Of a stretch of DNA of 64,000 nt, positions 51,723 to 60,487 are shown piece after piece. Source of the DNA: a bacterium (GTDB lineage: Bacteria; Patescibacteriota; Saccharimonadia; Saccharimonadales; SZUA-47); NCBI GenBank assembly GCA_030427125.1, contig JAUHXF010000002.1, forward strand, positions 12,248-76,247, in the 5' to 3' direction. Position 1 is the first letter of the stretch. Every line of letters starts with the position of its first letter. The notes under the pieces are model-generated. The model was not told the DNA's origin. It did not search any database and saw only the letters and a program-made list of their open reading frames with translations. Position numbers and translations under genes: made by a program.

Positions 51723-53202
51723 GGACCTGCCCAAAGTCCCTGGTGTTTATTTTCATAAAGACGAAAGCGGCGATGTAATTTATGTTGGCAAGGCTGCTGT
51801 ACTCCGCAACCGGGTAAGACAGTATTTTCAGAAGTCACGTAATCGTGATCCTAAAACTGAAGCTTTAGTTGCAGAAATCCGCGATGTTGAATGGATTGAG
51901 GTTGAGACCGAGCTTGATGCTCTTTTTCTCGAGGCAGAGATGATAAAGCGTTATATGCCTCGCTACAATATATTGCTTCGTGACGACAAGTCTCTGTCTT
52001 TTGTGCGCATTGATATCAAGTCTGACCACCCGACAGTGACGTATACACGGCGCCCGCTTGATGATGGTGCGGAGTACTTTGGTCCCTATTACGAAATGTA
52101 CCAAGTTAAAAAAGCCTTGCGGCTATTACGCAGAATCTTCCCGTATGCAATTACCAAGGAGCAGACGACAATGGGCAGTAAATTATACGAGCAAATCGGT
52201 CTCGATCCTGGGCTCTCTAGTGGTAAAACGGATCTGGAGTCATATCGCAGGAACCTTCGACTGCTCATGTCGTATTTGCGCGGCAATAGAGTGAAAATAG
52301 CTAAAGAAATCGAGAAAGATATGAAAAAGGCTGCAGCTGAGCACGATTTCGAGAAAGCTGCAGCGCTACGGAATAAATTAAACGAGATGCGCTCACTTAA
52401 GAAGCAGATAATTTTCTCTGACCGAGAGTTTATGGATATTAGCAAAGACAAGGGACTTGTAGGGCTAGCTGAGTTGCTTACTATTAACATCCCTAAGCGA
52501 ATTGAGGGTTACGATATCTCGCATCAATCAGGCACGGATAACGTTGCAAGTATGGTGGTGTTCACTAATGGTCTGCCGGATAAAGCGCAGTATCGAAAAT
52601 TCAAGATGCGTATCAAGGGCAATGATGACTTTGCGCACATGAATGAAGTTATTACACGCCGCTTAGGCCCAAAGAATGTATCAAGCTGGGGTAAACCATC
52701 ACTTTTTCTCATTGATGGGGGGAAAGGGCAACTGAAGGCAGCAGTTGAAGCACGCGATAAAGCTGGCTATGTAGATATACCGATGGTGGGCCTAGCGAAG
52801 CGTGAAGAGGAAGTTGTGATACACAAGGAACGTTCGAACGTAAAATTACATGTCAAGAAAGCGTATCATGAGCAGCCAGATATCGTCGTGCAAGAGAGTG
52901 AGGACTTTCAGATAGTACGATTAGGACAGTCCAACCATATTACGAAGCTCTTGCAGCGTATTCGGGATGAATCACACCGCTTTGCCGTCACCTATCACTC
53001 GACATTGAAACTAAATCGTCAGACGACAAGCTGGCTAGATAATGTGCCCGGTATCGGTCCAGCTACCAAGAAAAAGCTCATTAGAACGTTTGGCAGTTCA
53101 AAGGGAGTTTTACAGGCTCGCAAGGATGAGCTAGACAGCTTGTTAGGTGAAAAGAAAGCAGAAATATTACGGCAATATATTAGGGCTGAGAGAAAGCTGT
53201 GA
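51688..53202 (+). CDS. uvrC: Excinuclease ABC subunit C (short form)
   Basis: It has the GIY-YIG motifs (PGVYFHKDESGDVIYVGKA...R.RQYF), a UVR domain (EHDFEKAAALRNKL) and the RNase H-like endonuclease domain. The GTG start overlaps the end of trhO. Confidence 0.92.
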   Translation: MYVNEKLQAKLKDLPKVPGVYFHKDESGDVIYVGKAAVLRNRVRQYFQKSRNRDPKTEALVAEIRDVEWIEVETELDALFLEAEMIKRYMPRYNILLRDDKSLSFVRIDIKSDHPTVTYTRRPLDDGAEYFGPYYEMYQVKKALRLLRRIFPYAITKEQTTMGSKLYEQIGLDPGLSSGKTDLESYRRNLRLLMSYLRGNRVKIAKEIEKDMKKAAAEHDFEKAAALRNKLNEMRSLKKQIIFSDREFMDISKDKGLVGLAELLTINIPKRIEGYDISHQSGTDNVASMVVFTNGLPDKAQYRKFKMRIKGNDDFAHMNEVITRRLGPKNVSSWGKPSLFLIDGGKGQLKAAVEARDKAGYVDIPMVGLAKREEEVVIHKERSNVKLHVKKAYHEQPDIVVQESEDFQIVRLGQSNHITKLLQRIRDESHRFAVTYHSTLKLNRQTTSWLDNVPGIGPATKKKLIRTFGSSKGVLQARKDELDSLLGEKKAEILRQYIRAERKL

Positions 53203-53704
53203 GGTCTAGCTGACGCAAGTCAAGATGTGTATCCGTGTGCCATTCATTCACCGTGTAGTGAACGGTCTCGTGGTCGCGCAAACCTTCCAAGCATCGTTTC
53301 CGAATACCAATCGCGAGACTCAATAGAGGGTTAAATTCTGCACCATAGTATTCAGCTGCAGTTGTGAGGTAAGGTCGGAGTTGATCTGGAATTCGGCAGT
53401 CTAGTATTGGGTCTTGAGTTTTTCGGTCAACGTATAATTCGTTGGCGGTTGCCAGCAGCTCCGTCATATCAAATACATGAAACTCTTCTTCACCTACAGT
53501 AATTCCATATTCGATAGCTGGCCTCTCATCGGCCTTTTCTGATTCAAGCTCAATAATAAAGCCCCAAAGTCCTACTAATCCTAAGCTACCTTCGACGTAT
53601 TCGATGGCAGTTTCATCGAATTGTTTACCGAGCTCACGCAATTTAATCGCATCTTCTACGCCTAGCTTTACTATATGTGGAACTTCAAATGATATCTCAG
53701 ACAT
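53180..53704 (-). CDS. Hypothetical protein
   Basis: A 174-aa ORF from ATG 53704. It overlaps the uvrC 3' end convergently by 23 nt. Confidence 0.5.
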   Translation of the reverse strand: MSEISFEVPHIVKLGVEDAIKLRELGKQFDETAIEYVEGSLGLVGLWGFIIELESEKADERPAIEYGITVGEEEFHVFDMTELLATANELYVDRKTQDPILDCRIPDQLRPYLTTAAEYYGAEFNPLLSLAIGIRKRCLEGLRDHETVHYTVNEWHTDTHLDLRQLDLTAFSQP

Positions 53705-53761
53705 GTAAGCTTGAAGTGTACAATGTTGATAACTACTAAACAAAAGCGGATTGCAGGCAGC

Positions 53762-53770
53762 TGCTATACT
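53762..53770 (+). promoter_or_regulatory. Extended -10 TGcTATACT, 8 nt upstream of the pepP ATG
   Basis: The sequence reads gcTGcTATACTcgacgtatATG. Confidence 0.5.
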
Positions 53771-53778
53771 CGACGTAT

Positions 53779-54981
53779 ATGAGTTTTTCTAGAAAGTTTT
53801 TTTCGGGTAATCGTGATGCGCTGGCTACTTTATTGCCAGGGCATCTCATTATTTTGACCGCGCATAGTTTAGTACAGTCTGCTGCTGATCTAGCTTTTCC
53901 GTTCAGACAAGACGGTAGTTTTTGGTATTTCTCAGGTCTAGACGAGCCCGACCTCATTCTAACTATTGATAGTGATAGCGGGGAGTCAGCTGTTTACTTG
54001 CCCAGCCAGAACGACTATCAGAAAGAGTGGGACGGTGCGCACAATAAAAACGATATGCAAATGACGAGTGGGGTAGACGAAATCCGATTTAAATCCGATT
54101 TAAATCGGATTTTGAATAAAGCCATGAAACAGGGAAAAAAGATTGGCTATCTTCCACCCTTGCCGGACCGTGTTGAGCCCTATGGTTTCTACGCTAACCC
54201 AGCACGAAAGCATCTCGAGGCTTCGCTATTAGACGCTGGAATCAGTAAAGATGATCTTGTTGATGTGCGCAAACAAGTTGCGAGACTCCGCCAAGTAAAA
54301 CAGCCAGAAGAATTACAGGCGATTAAAGAAGCCATCAATATTACCGGAAAAGCTTTATCGGAAATTAAAAGTCAGTTGAATTCTTTCAATAATGAGAAAG
54401 ATATTGAAAGGGCTCTCAGTGCCGCTTACTATTCTCGTGGCGCTGATGGCCATGCATTTCAACCAATTATTGCTAATGCCAAAAATGCAGCAACCATTCA
54501 CTACGAGAAAAATAATGCCAAGCTACAAGAAGGGTTGATATTACTTGACGTTGGTGCTCAATACGCCGGCTATGCGTCGGATATTAGTCGTACGTGGAGT
54601 ATCGGCGCACCATCTGAGCGTCAGCAAGAACTATGGAGCGCATGTCTAGAGATTCAAGAGTACGCTATTGCACTATTAGGTCCTGGCGTGACTATTCGTG
54701 AGTATCAAAAGAAAACGGAAGCGTTTGCAGAGAAGCAATTCAAGAAATTAAAATGCTCCATGGCGAGCAAGCCATTCCCGCATGGTTTTTCACATTTCAT
54801 GGGGATTGATGTGCACGATGCTGGGCTATACGATGAGCCGCTCGTGCCTGGTAGTGTCATCACGGTAGAGCCGGGCATCTACCTTCCGGACGAAGGTATA
54901 GGTATGAGGGTCGAAGATAACGTGCTGATCACTGAAAATGGTGTCGAAATCCTCTCTAAAAACATACCGAAACTGTTATAA
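53779..54981 (+). CDS. pepP: Xaa-Pro aminopeptidase (M24B family)
   Basis: The pita-bread fold metal ligands sit in the contexts LLDVGAQYAGYASDISRT, HGFSHFMGIDVHD, TVEPGIY and MRVEDNV. Confidence 0.88.
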   Translation: MSFSRKFFSGNRDALATLLPGHLIILTAHSLVQSAADLAFPFRQDGSFWYFSGLDEPDLILTIDSDSGESAVYLPSQNDYQKEWDGAHNKNDMQMTSGVDEIRFKSDLNRILNKAMKQGKKIGYLPPLPDRVEPYGFYANPARKHLEASLLDAGISKDDLVDVRKQVARLRQVKQPEELQAIKEAINITGKALSEIKSQLNSFNNEKDIERALSAAYYSRGADGHAFQPIIANAKNAATIHYEKNNAKLQEGLILLDVGAQYAGYASDISRTWSIGAPSERQQELWSACLEIQEYAIALLGPGVTIREYQKKTEAFAEKQFKKLKCSMASKPFPHGFSHFMGIDVHDAGLYDEPLVPGSVITVEPGIYLPDEGIGMRVEDNVLITENGVEILSKNIPKLL

Positions 54982-54992
54982 TAGACGTAATA

Positions 54993-55367
54993 ATGAAAAC
55001 AGCAAAAGGTAGATTTGTCGTTCGCTGGTTTGTCAGCAGCTTCGGGCTTTGGATTGCTTCAGAGCTGCTCGGTAGTGAAAGTATCAGCATACAGGGCCAG
55101 TTTGGGGCAATTATAGTCTCAGGCCTCATTTTGGCACTCGCTAACACATTCATCAGACCAATGGTTGTGTTTTTGACGCTACCAGCCGTTCTGTTATCAC
55201 TCGGCATATTCATGGTGTTTATTAATGCCCTTATGGTCCTGCTTGCTGCATGGCTATATGAGCCACTTGAAGTGTCAGGATTCGGTATTGCTGTTATTGC
55301 CGGCATGATTATCGGACTCGTGAATTGGCTCGTCAGCGTGTTATTAGAAGGAGATAGCAATCGGTGA
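54993..55367 (+). CDS. DUF360 / 'phage holin family 4'-like small membrane protein (YvlD-like)
   Basis: It has 4 TM segments. LANTFIRPMVVFLTLPAVLLSLGIFMVFINALML is typical of the family. There is no phage context. Confidence 0.8.
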   Translation: MKTAKGRFVVRWFVSSFGLWIASELLGSESISIQGQFGAIIVSGLILALANTFIRPMVVFLTLPAVLLSLGIFMVFINALMVLLAAWLYEPLEVSGFGIAVIAGMIIGLVNWLVSVLLEGDSNR

Positions 55368-55381
55368 TATCAGCCGCTCTA

Positions 55382-55390
55382 TGCTAGAAT
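55382..55390 (+). promoter_or_regulatory. Extended -10 TGcTAGAAT, 6 nt upstream of the secG ATG
   Basis: The sequence reads taTGcTAGAATaattgcATG. The same 11-mer, atgctagaata, recurs at 57489. Confidence 0.5.
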
Positions 55391-55396
55391 AATTGC

Positions 55397-55612
55397 ATGA
55401 CGTTTTGGAATTACATAATGATAGTTTCGGCGGTGATTATGATTGTACTTATACTCTTGCAAGTGCGTGGTGCGGGGCTCGGTGCGGGGCTCGGCGGTGG
55501 CGGAGAAGTGAATACCGTTCGCCGTGGAACTGACAAGACTATATTTAATTTGACTATATTTTTTGCAATCAGCTTCGCGCTATCAATCTTACTTGAATTA
55601 ATCTTAGGGTAA
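55397..55612 (+). CDS. secG: Preprotein translocase subunit SecG
   Basis: It is 71 aa with two TM segments. The LILLQVRGAGLGAGLGGGG motif is present. Confidence 0.85.
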   Translation: MTFWNYIMIVSAVIMIVLILLQVRGAGLGAGLGGGGEVNTVRRGTDKTIFNLTIFFAISFALSILLELILG

Positions 55613-55631
55613 GGTCTGATAGGGAGGGGGA

Positions 55632-57437
55632 GTGAACGACGCTAAACGTACACTTCATAGATTGCGGCTCAAAGTTCGTCGTAAGTTTCGCAAGCAAAAG
55701 CGACAAGTAGAAGACATCACTCTACAAGCAGACGACTCTTTAGACAAGCATGTATTTCGACGAATGGGGCGGCTATATCGAGTAAGACGATTTGTTGCTG
55801 CTTGGACTGCTCTTGTGTTGATGATTGGCATTGGGGCCGTGTGGCAAGTGCGTGGTCTCGATGATTATTATCTTGCACCTGAGCCTGCCTCGGGCGGTGT
55901 TTATAGGGAGGGAGTGCTCGGTACATTTACGACTGCGAACCCACTTTTTGCAGTAACAAATGTTGATGCTTCAGTGTCTCGCTTAGTGTTTGATAGTTTA
56001 TTCGTTGCTAGCCCGCTCGGCGAGTTAGAGCCGAATCTTGCAACTGCATTACAAGTTGATGATTCAGGATTAGTGTATACGGTGAAATTGCGGGGTGATG
56101 TTCGCTGGCATGATGGTGAAATTTTTGATGCAGAAGATGTTCTGTTCACCTATCAAAGTATTCAAAATCCAGAAACGAGATCTCCGCTGCAATCTAGTTG
56201 GGATGGTGTTAAAGTCGCTATGGTAGATTCATATACCGTGACGTTCACGCTACCGAACATCTTGAGTTCGTTCCAGTATTCGCTTGTAAACGGTATTGCT
56301 CCAGAACACATTTTAGGCTTGTTAGACCCAGAGGATTTACGCAGCGCAACATTCAATACTGTCGATACAGTCGGAACTGGTCAGATGCTGTACGAAAGTG
56401 TTGAAGTGCTAGGCACCGATATTGATGACAGACAAGAAAAAGTTACATTGAAGTCAAACGAGCAGTATCACGGGCCAAAAACACAGATTGATGGTGTCGT
56501 TATTCGTGCGTATAGACTTGAAGAAAGTATGCTGAAAGCCTTCGAGGATAAAGAAATCGTGAGTATGGTGGGCCTCGATACGATATCTGATACGGTTTCA
56601 GACCGTGAAGACGTACAGACCTATAGTACTTCTGTGTCCAGTGCGGTTATGCTGTTTTTGAACAACTCATCGGAAGGCTTAAATGATAAAAAAGTTCGGC
56701 AAGCCTTGGTACACGCAACAGATACAAACGAGCTCCGCCGCAGTCTTGGCTTTCCGCTTTTGCCAGTTGATAGCCCGTTTTTGCAGTCACATTTTACGTA
56801 TGATGAGAAGCAAGTACAACTGGCATACAGCCCCGAGAAGGCAATAAAAATACTTGATGAAGCCGGCTGGAAACTAGCAGATGACGGAAAACGTTACAAA
56901 GAAGATATCCCATTACAATTTAGGCTTGTGTCACAAAGTTTAAGTGAGTACGCCACCATTGTGCAAAAGCTTCAGGCTGAATGGGCAGAGCTGGGCATAA
57001 CGGTTGACGCAGTATTGCAACCTGAGCAAGATATACAGTCTGGCGCAATTGCGCGACACGACTACGACATATTGCTATATGGTATATCGCTTGGTCCAGA
57101 TCCGGATGTGTTTGCATTCTGGCATAGTTCGCAGGCAGACCCACGACAGAGAACAAGACTCAATCTTTCTGAATATCGGAGTGAAGTTGCTGATGAAGCG
57201 CTCGAGGGCGGTCGCACGCGCTTAAATGAAGATTTACGTAAGGTAAAGTATGAGCCGTTCACTAAGGCATGGCGCTCTGATGCACCCGCCATAGGATTGT
57301 ATCAGCCTCGATTCCTGTTCGTTGTACAGGGAACATTTGAAGGGTACCAAGAAGGACAATTCAATAACCCGACCGATCGATTCTACTCTATAGCTGAGTG
57401 GAAAATTCGTCAGGAAAAAACGATTCGACAAGAATAG
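55632..57437 (+). CDS. Family-5 (peptide/nickel type) ABC substrate-binding protein, N-terminally TM-anchored
   Basis: The start is GTG with a strong GGGAGGGGGAG SD. It has a basic N-terminus and a TM. SBP_bac_5-like blocks are present (YTVKLRGDVRWHDGEIFDAEDVLFTY, LLYGISLGPDPD). There is no adjacent permease or ATPase. Confidence 0.82.
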   Translation: MNDAKRTLHRLRLKVRRKFRKQKRQVEDITLQADDSLDKHVFRRMGRLYRVRRFVAAWTALVLMIGIGAVWQVRGLDDYYLAPEPASGGVYREGVLGTFTTANPLFAVTNVDASVSRLVFDSLFVASPLGELEPNLATALQVDDSGLVYTVKLRGDVRWHDGEIFDAEDVLFTYQSIQNPETRSPLQSSWDGVKVAMVDSYTVTFTLPNILSSFQYSLVNGIAPEHILGLLDPEDLRSATFNTVDTVGTGQMLYESVEVLGTDIDDRQEKVTLKSNEQYHGPKTQIDGVVIRAYRLEESMLKAFEDKEIVSMVGLDTISDTVSDREDVQTYSTSVSSAVMLFLNNSSEGLNDKKVRQALVHATDTNELRRSLGFPLLPVDSPFLQSHFTYDEKQVQLAYSPEKAIKILDEAGWKLADDGKRYKEDIPLQFRLVSQSLSEYATIVQKLQAEWAELGITVDAVLQPEQDIQSGAIARHDYDILLYGISLGPDPDVFAFWHSSQADPRQRTRLNLSEYRSEVADEALEGGRTRLNEDLRKVKYEPFTKAWRSDAPAIGLYQPRFLFVVQGTFEGYQEGQFNNPTDRFYSIAEWKIRQEKTIRQE

Positions 57438-57489
57438 CGCTGCCGTGTATTTCTCCACATATACGGGGGTCCTCACTCGTCAGTGCTTA

Positions 57490-57498
57490 TGCTAGAAT
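57490..57498 (+). promoter_or_regulatory. Extended -10 TGcTAGAAT upstream of the FAD-oxidase gene
   Basis: The sequence reads ttaTGcTAGAATagg. It is followed by an AAGGA SD (57517) and TTG 57530. Confidence 0.45.
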
Positions 57499-57529
57499 AG
57501 GATTAATAACATTTGTAAGGAATACGACG

Positions 57530-59164
57530 TTGAATAAGATTGCTCACTATTTGCAGCAGCATATTGATGGAGAGATATTGACCTCTGATGATGCACTACG
57601 ATACTTCTCTACGGATGAAAGTATTTTACAATTACGGCCACAGATAGTTGTCTACCCACGATCAGATAAAGATATCCGTAAAGTAGCTCGATTTACCTGG
57701 CAGTTAAGTGATAAAGGGCGTGTGGTAGGTATGACTGCACGCGGTATGGGAACAGACCAGACAGGAGCCGCGTTAAGCGATGGCATTATCATGGCAATGC
57801 CAGCTCACCTGAATCGAGTGATTGAGCTTGATCCAAAAACTGGCGTTATCACGGTTGAAGCAGGAATGACGCTCGACAAAATTCAGCAAGTACTTCATAC
57901 GCATGGACGATTCTTGCCACCAGTTTCAGTCGTCAACACATCTGCAACAATCGGTGGTTCGTTGGCGAATAATGATAGTGGTCGCGCGAGTTACAAGTAT
58001 GGACCAATGCAGGAATTTGTGCGGAGCCTGAAGGTCGTATTAGCGAACGGTGAGCTTATAGAGACGGGTAGACTTTCAAAAAGAGAGCTGAACAAAAAGC
58101 TTGGACTTGCTTCGTTTGAAGGGGAATTATATCGAGCACTCGATAAGCTTATTGAAGACAATCTTGACACGATTGAGCCACTCGAGAAGATTATTGCACA
58201 CAGCAAAGCTGGCTATAACATCTCAGACGTAAAGCAAAAAGATGGATCATTTGATCTGACGCCACTGTTCTTAGGGAGCCAGGGTACATTAGGCATTATT
58301 ACTGAAGCGACACTTGATACAGCTGCATTTAACCCGGTAACGGATTTACTCGTTGCGGGATTTGCAGATAGATCTCAGGTATGGAGAGTGGTTGCAAAAC
58401 TAAACGAACTAAAAGACGGGCCTTCCAGTGTTGATTTTGTAGATGAGTCTCTTCTACGGATGGTACAAGATATTAACCCGGGGATACTGAAGGCTCTAGA
58501 CGGCGGTATACCTGCGACGGTTCTGTTTATTGAAATAGATGACGAATCACAGCGCGGCAGAAAGAAAGTATACAAAAAAGTATTGAAGACCCTAGAAGAA
58601 GTTGACGCGCAGATTGTCGAAGTAAAGCAAGAAGAAAAAGAGCAATGGGAGCGTGTTCGTGATGCGGCCTCCGTGTACCTTACGCACAATAACGGCAAAA
58701 AACAGGCACTCCCCGTAATGGATGACGCGCAAGTACCAGTGGAAAGAATGAGCGAATTTTTCAATCAATTAGAATCACTCATGAAAGCTGCAGGCATCGA
58801 GGAATACGCAGCTTGGGGTCAGGCTGGTAATGGTCTCGTTCATGTATCGCCACTGCTCGATATAACTTCGGTGGGCGATAGGCAGCGCTTGTTTAAGATC
58901 ATGGAAGCCTATTACGGCTACATCACACAGATAAATGGTTCTATCGCAGCAGAATATGCCGAAGGAAGGTTGCGAGGACATTTTAATGAACTGCAATTCA
59001 CACTAGAAGCGAATGAATTGTTTAGAAAAATTAAGAAAGTATTTGATCCAACGAAGACGCTCAATCCTGGTGTAAAATTTGATACTTCAGTTACTGATCT
59101 CAAGGCGATGGTTCGCAGCGAATATAGTTTAGACCATCAGTATAATCACTTGCCACGAAGCTGA
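57530..59164 (+). CDS. FAD-binding oxidase (GlcD / D-lactate dehydrogenase-like, FAD_binding_4)
   Basis: RPQIVVYPRSDKDIRKVARF...ARGMGTDQTGAAL and the C-terminal oxidase domain are present. A TTG start with an SD is preferred over the ORF-track 57398, which would overlap the upstream gene. Confidence 0.85.
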   Translation: MNKIAHYLQQHIDGEILTSDDALRYFSTDESILQLRPQIVVYPRSDKDIRKVARFTWQLSDKGRVVGMTARGMGTDQTGAALSDGIIMAMPAHLNRVIELDPKTGVITVEAGMTLDKIQQVLHTHGRFLPPVSVVNTSATIGGSLANNDSGRASYKYGPMQEFVRSLKVVLANGELIETGRLSKRELNKKLGLASFEGELYRALDKLIEDNLDTIEPLEKIIAHSKAGYNISDVKQKDGSFDLTPLFLGSQGTLGIITEATLDTAAFNPVTDLLVAGFADRSQVWRVVAKLNELKDGPSSVDFVDESLLRMVQDINPGILKALDGGIPATVLFIEIDDESQRGRKKVYKKVLKTLEEVDAQIVEVKQEEKEQWERVRDAASVYLTHNNGKKQALPVMDDAQVPVERMSEFFNQLESLMKAAGIEEYAAWGQAGNGLVHVSPLLDITSVGDRQRLFKIMEAYYGYITQINGSIAAEYAEGRLRGHFNELQFTLEANELFRKIKKVFDPTKTLNPGVKFDTSVTDLKAMVRSEYSLDHQYNHLPRS

Positions 59165-59252
59165 TTAAAGACAAAAAATAAAAAACTCGACCAGAAAGAG
59201 CCGAGCGAGCTTTGGGGTGAAGTGTAGTTTTTAAAGTCACTTTAAAAACAAA

Positions 59253-59270
59253 CAGAGGGGCGAGCCCCTC
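59253..59270. terminator. GC-rich hairpin between the convergent FAD-oxidase gene and the tRNA operon
   Basis: The hairpin is agagggg-cgag-cccctct. It is flanked by tt(a)tt on the + strand and by a T-rich run (gtttgttttt) on the - strand. Confidence 0.65.
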
Positions 59271-59276
59271 TTTATT

Positions 59277-59363
59277 CTGGTGCGCAAGAGAGGACTTGAA
59301 CCTCCACGTCCTTGCGAACACTACGACCTCAACGTAGCCTGTCTACCAATTCCAGCACTTGCG
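59277..59363 (-). tRNA. tRNA-Leu(GAG), CCA encoded
   Basis: The reverse complement reads GCGCAAG-TG-CTGGAATTGGTAGACAG-G-CTACG-TTGAGGT-CGTAG-(long variable arm)-GGAGGTTCAAGTCCTCT-CTTGCGC-ACCA. Confidence 0.92.
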
Positions 59364-59384
59364 CGTGTTACTTGTAAATAAAAA

Positions 59385-59461
59385 TGGTGGGTGATGAGGG
59401 ACTTGAACCCCCGACCCCCTCGGTGTAAACGAGGTGCTCTAGCCAGCTGAGCTAATCACCC
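59385..59461 (-). tRNA. tRNA-Val(TAC), CCA encoded
   Basis: The reverse complement reads GGGTGAT-TA-GCTCAGCTGGCTAGAGC-A-CCTCG-TTTACAC-CGAGG-GGGTC-GGGGGTTCAAGTCCCTC-ATCACCC-ACCA. Confidence 0.93.
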
Positions 59462-59472
59462 ACAGTCATTAG

Positions 59473-59501
59473 ATTCTACTATTTAAAGAGTTTTTATTCA
59501 A
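59473..59501 (-). promoter_or_regulatory. Sigma70-type promoter for the tRNA-Val/tRNA-Leu operon
   Basis: The - strand reads TTGAAT-N17-TAGAAT, ending 11 nt before the tRNA-Val 5' end. Confidence 0.7.
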
Positions 59502-59596
59502 GAAATTTAAAAACATGATGACCCATGCTTGTAATTGGTATTGTTCACACGTACTTCGCAATAGATGGAAGTAGTTTCGAGTAAGCTGGTGAGCTA

Positions 59597-59716
59597 ATGC
59601 TAACTATTGTGGCTGAAGCCGTTTCAGCAACACAAAGAACTGACTGGACTAGTGCTGCAGCCGTACTAGAGTGTGCAAGCGAGATTCCGATTGATTTTCT
59701 AGGAGCTGATAAGTGA
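59597..59716 (+). CDS. Candidate small ORF A (39 aa), below the ORF-track cutoff
   Basis: It encodes MLTIVAEAVSATQRTDWTSAAAVLECASEIPIDFLGADK. Its stop overlaps the GTG of small ORF B (GTGA). Confidence 0.2.
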   Translation: MLTIVAEAVSATQRTDWTSAAAVLECASEIPIDFLGADK

Positions 59717-59880
59717 CCTCGCCAACAGGACTAGAGATAATGGCGTGTCAACTTGAAGGGCTCCTGCCTGATGATGAAGGCACACTTGAATCCAGGGAGC
59801 GACCTGCTAACTGGCTCCCAATGGATGTGGTCATTTGGGACAATATTTCAGGAATAAGAGCCTTCCCGTTTAATCTGTAG
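59713..59880 (+). CDS. Candidate small ORF B (55 aa), below the ORF-track cutoff
   Basis: It encodes VTSPTGLEIMACQLEGLLPDDEGTLESRERPANWLPMDVVIWDNISGIRAFPFNL. It ends 16 nt before the lemA -10 box. Confidence 0.2.
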   Translation: MTSPTGLEIMACQLEGLLPDDEGTLESRERPANWLPMDVVIWDNISGIRAFPFNL

Positions 59881-59929
59881 AATAGCTCCGACGAGTGCTA
59901 TACTATTTGTATAAACAAGGAGTGGCATA

Positions 59930-60487
59930 ATGCTTTGGGTACTATTGGGAGTCGCCGGCTTACTCGTCGTCGCACTCATCGTTATTTATAACGGTCTGGT
60001 TCGTTCAAAAATTCGTGTAGATGAGGCGTGGAGTGATATCACGGTTCAGATGAAGCGACGGCTGGATCTGATTCCTAATCTTGTAGAGACCGTAAAAGGA
60101 TACGCGAAGCAAGAGAAAGACGTGTTTACTCAAGTTACTGAAGCACGATCAGCGGTTGCTAACGCAAATGGCGTCGCTGAAACTGCCGAGGCTGACAATA
60201 TGTTAAGTGGAGCATTGAAAAGCTTATTTGCAGTAGCTGAAGCTTATCCAGAACTAAAATCTAACGAAAACTTCCTAGAATTACAAAGGGAGCTTGTTGA
60301 CACGGAAGACAAGATTCAGGCAGCGCGACGGTTCTATAATGCAGCTGTTAGAGAGTTCAATACTAAAGTGCAGGTTTTCCCTATGGTCCTATTTGCTCGA
60401 CTTCTTGGATTTAGTGAGCGGGAGTTCTTCGAACTCGAAGAGAGTGAGCAGGCTAAGGCTGAGAAGCCAGTCGACGTAAAGTTCTAG
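59930..60487 (+). CDS. lemA: LemA family protein
   Basis: It has an N-terminal TM, and YNGLVRSKIRVDEAWSDITVQMKRRLDLIPNLV is typical of LemA. Upstream lie TGcTATACT (59896-59904) and an AAGGAG SD. Confidence 0.9.
   Translation: MLWVLLGVAGLLVVALIVIYNGLVRSKIRVDEAWSDITVQMKRRLDLIPNLVETVKGYAKQEKDVFTQVTEARSAVANANGVAETAEADNMLSGALKSLFAVAEAYPELKSNENFLELQRELVDTEDKIQAARRFYNAAVREFNTKVQVFPMVLFARLLGFSEREFFELEESEQAKAEKPVDVKF

Noticed and set aside
54993-55367. A 'phage holin family' protein as a possible prophage marker.
   Set aside because: It is a stand-alone DUF360/YvlD-type membrane protein between pepP and secG. There are no capsid, tail, integrase or lysis-cassette neighbours.
59213-59276. GGGGTGAAG... 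downstream of the FAD-oxidase gene, considered as a possible tmRNA 5' end.
   Set aside because: No tRNA-like 3' domain, tag ORF or length consistent with tmRNA follows. The region is better explained by the terminator hairpin at 59253-59270.
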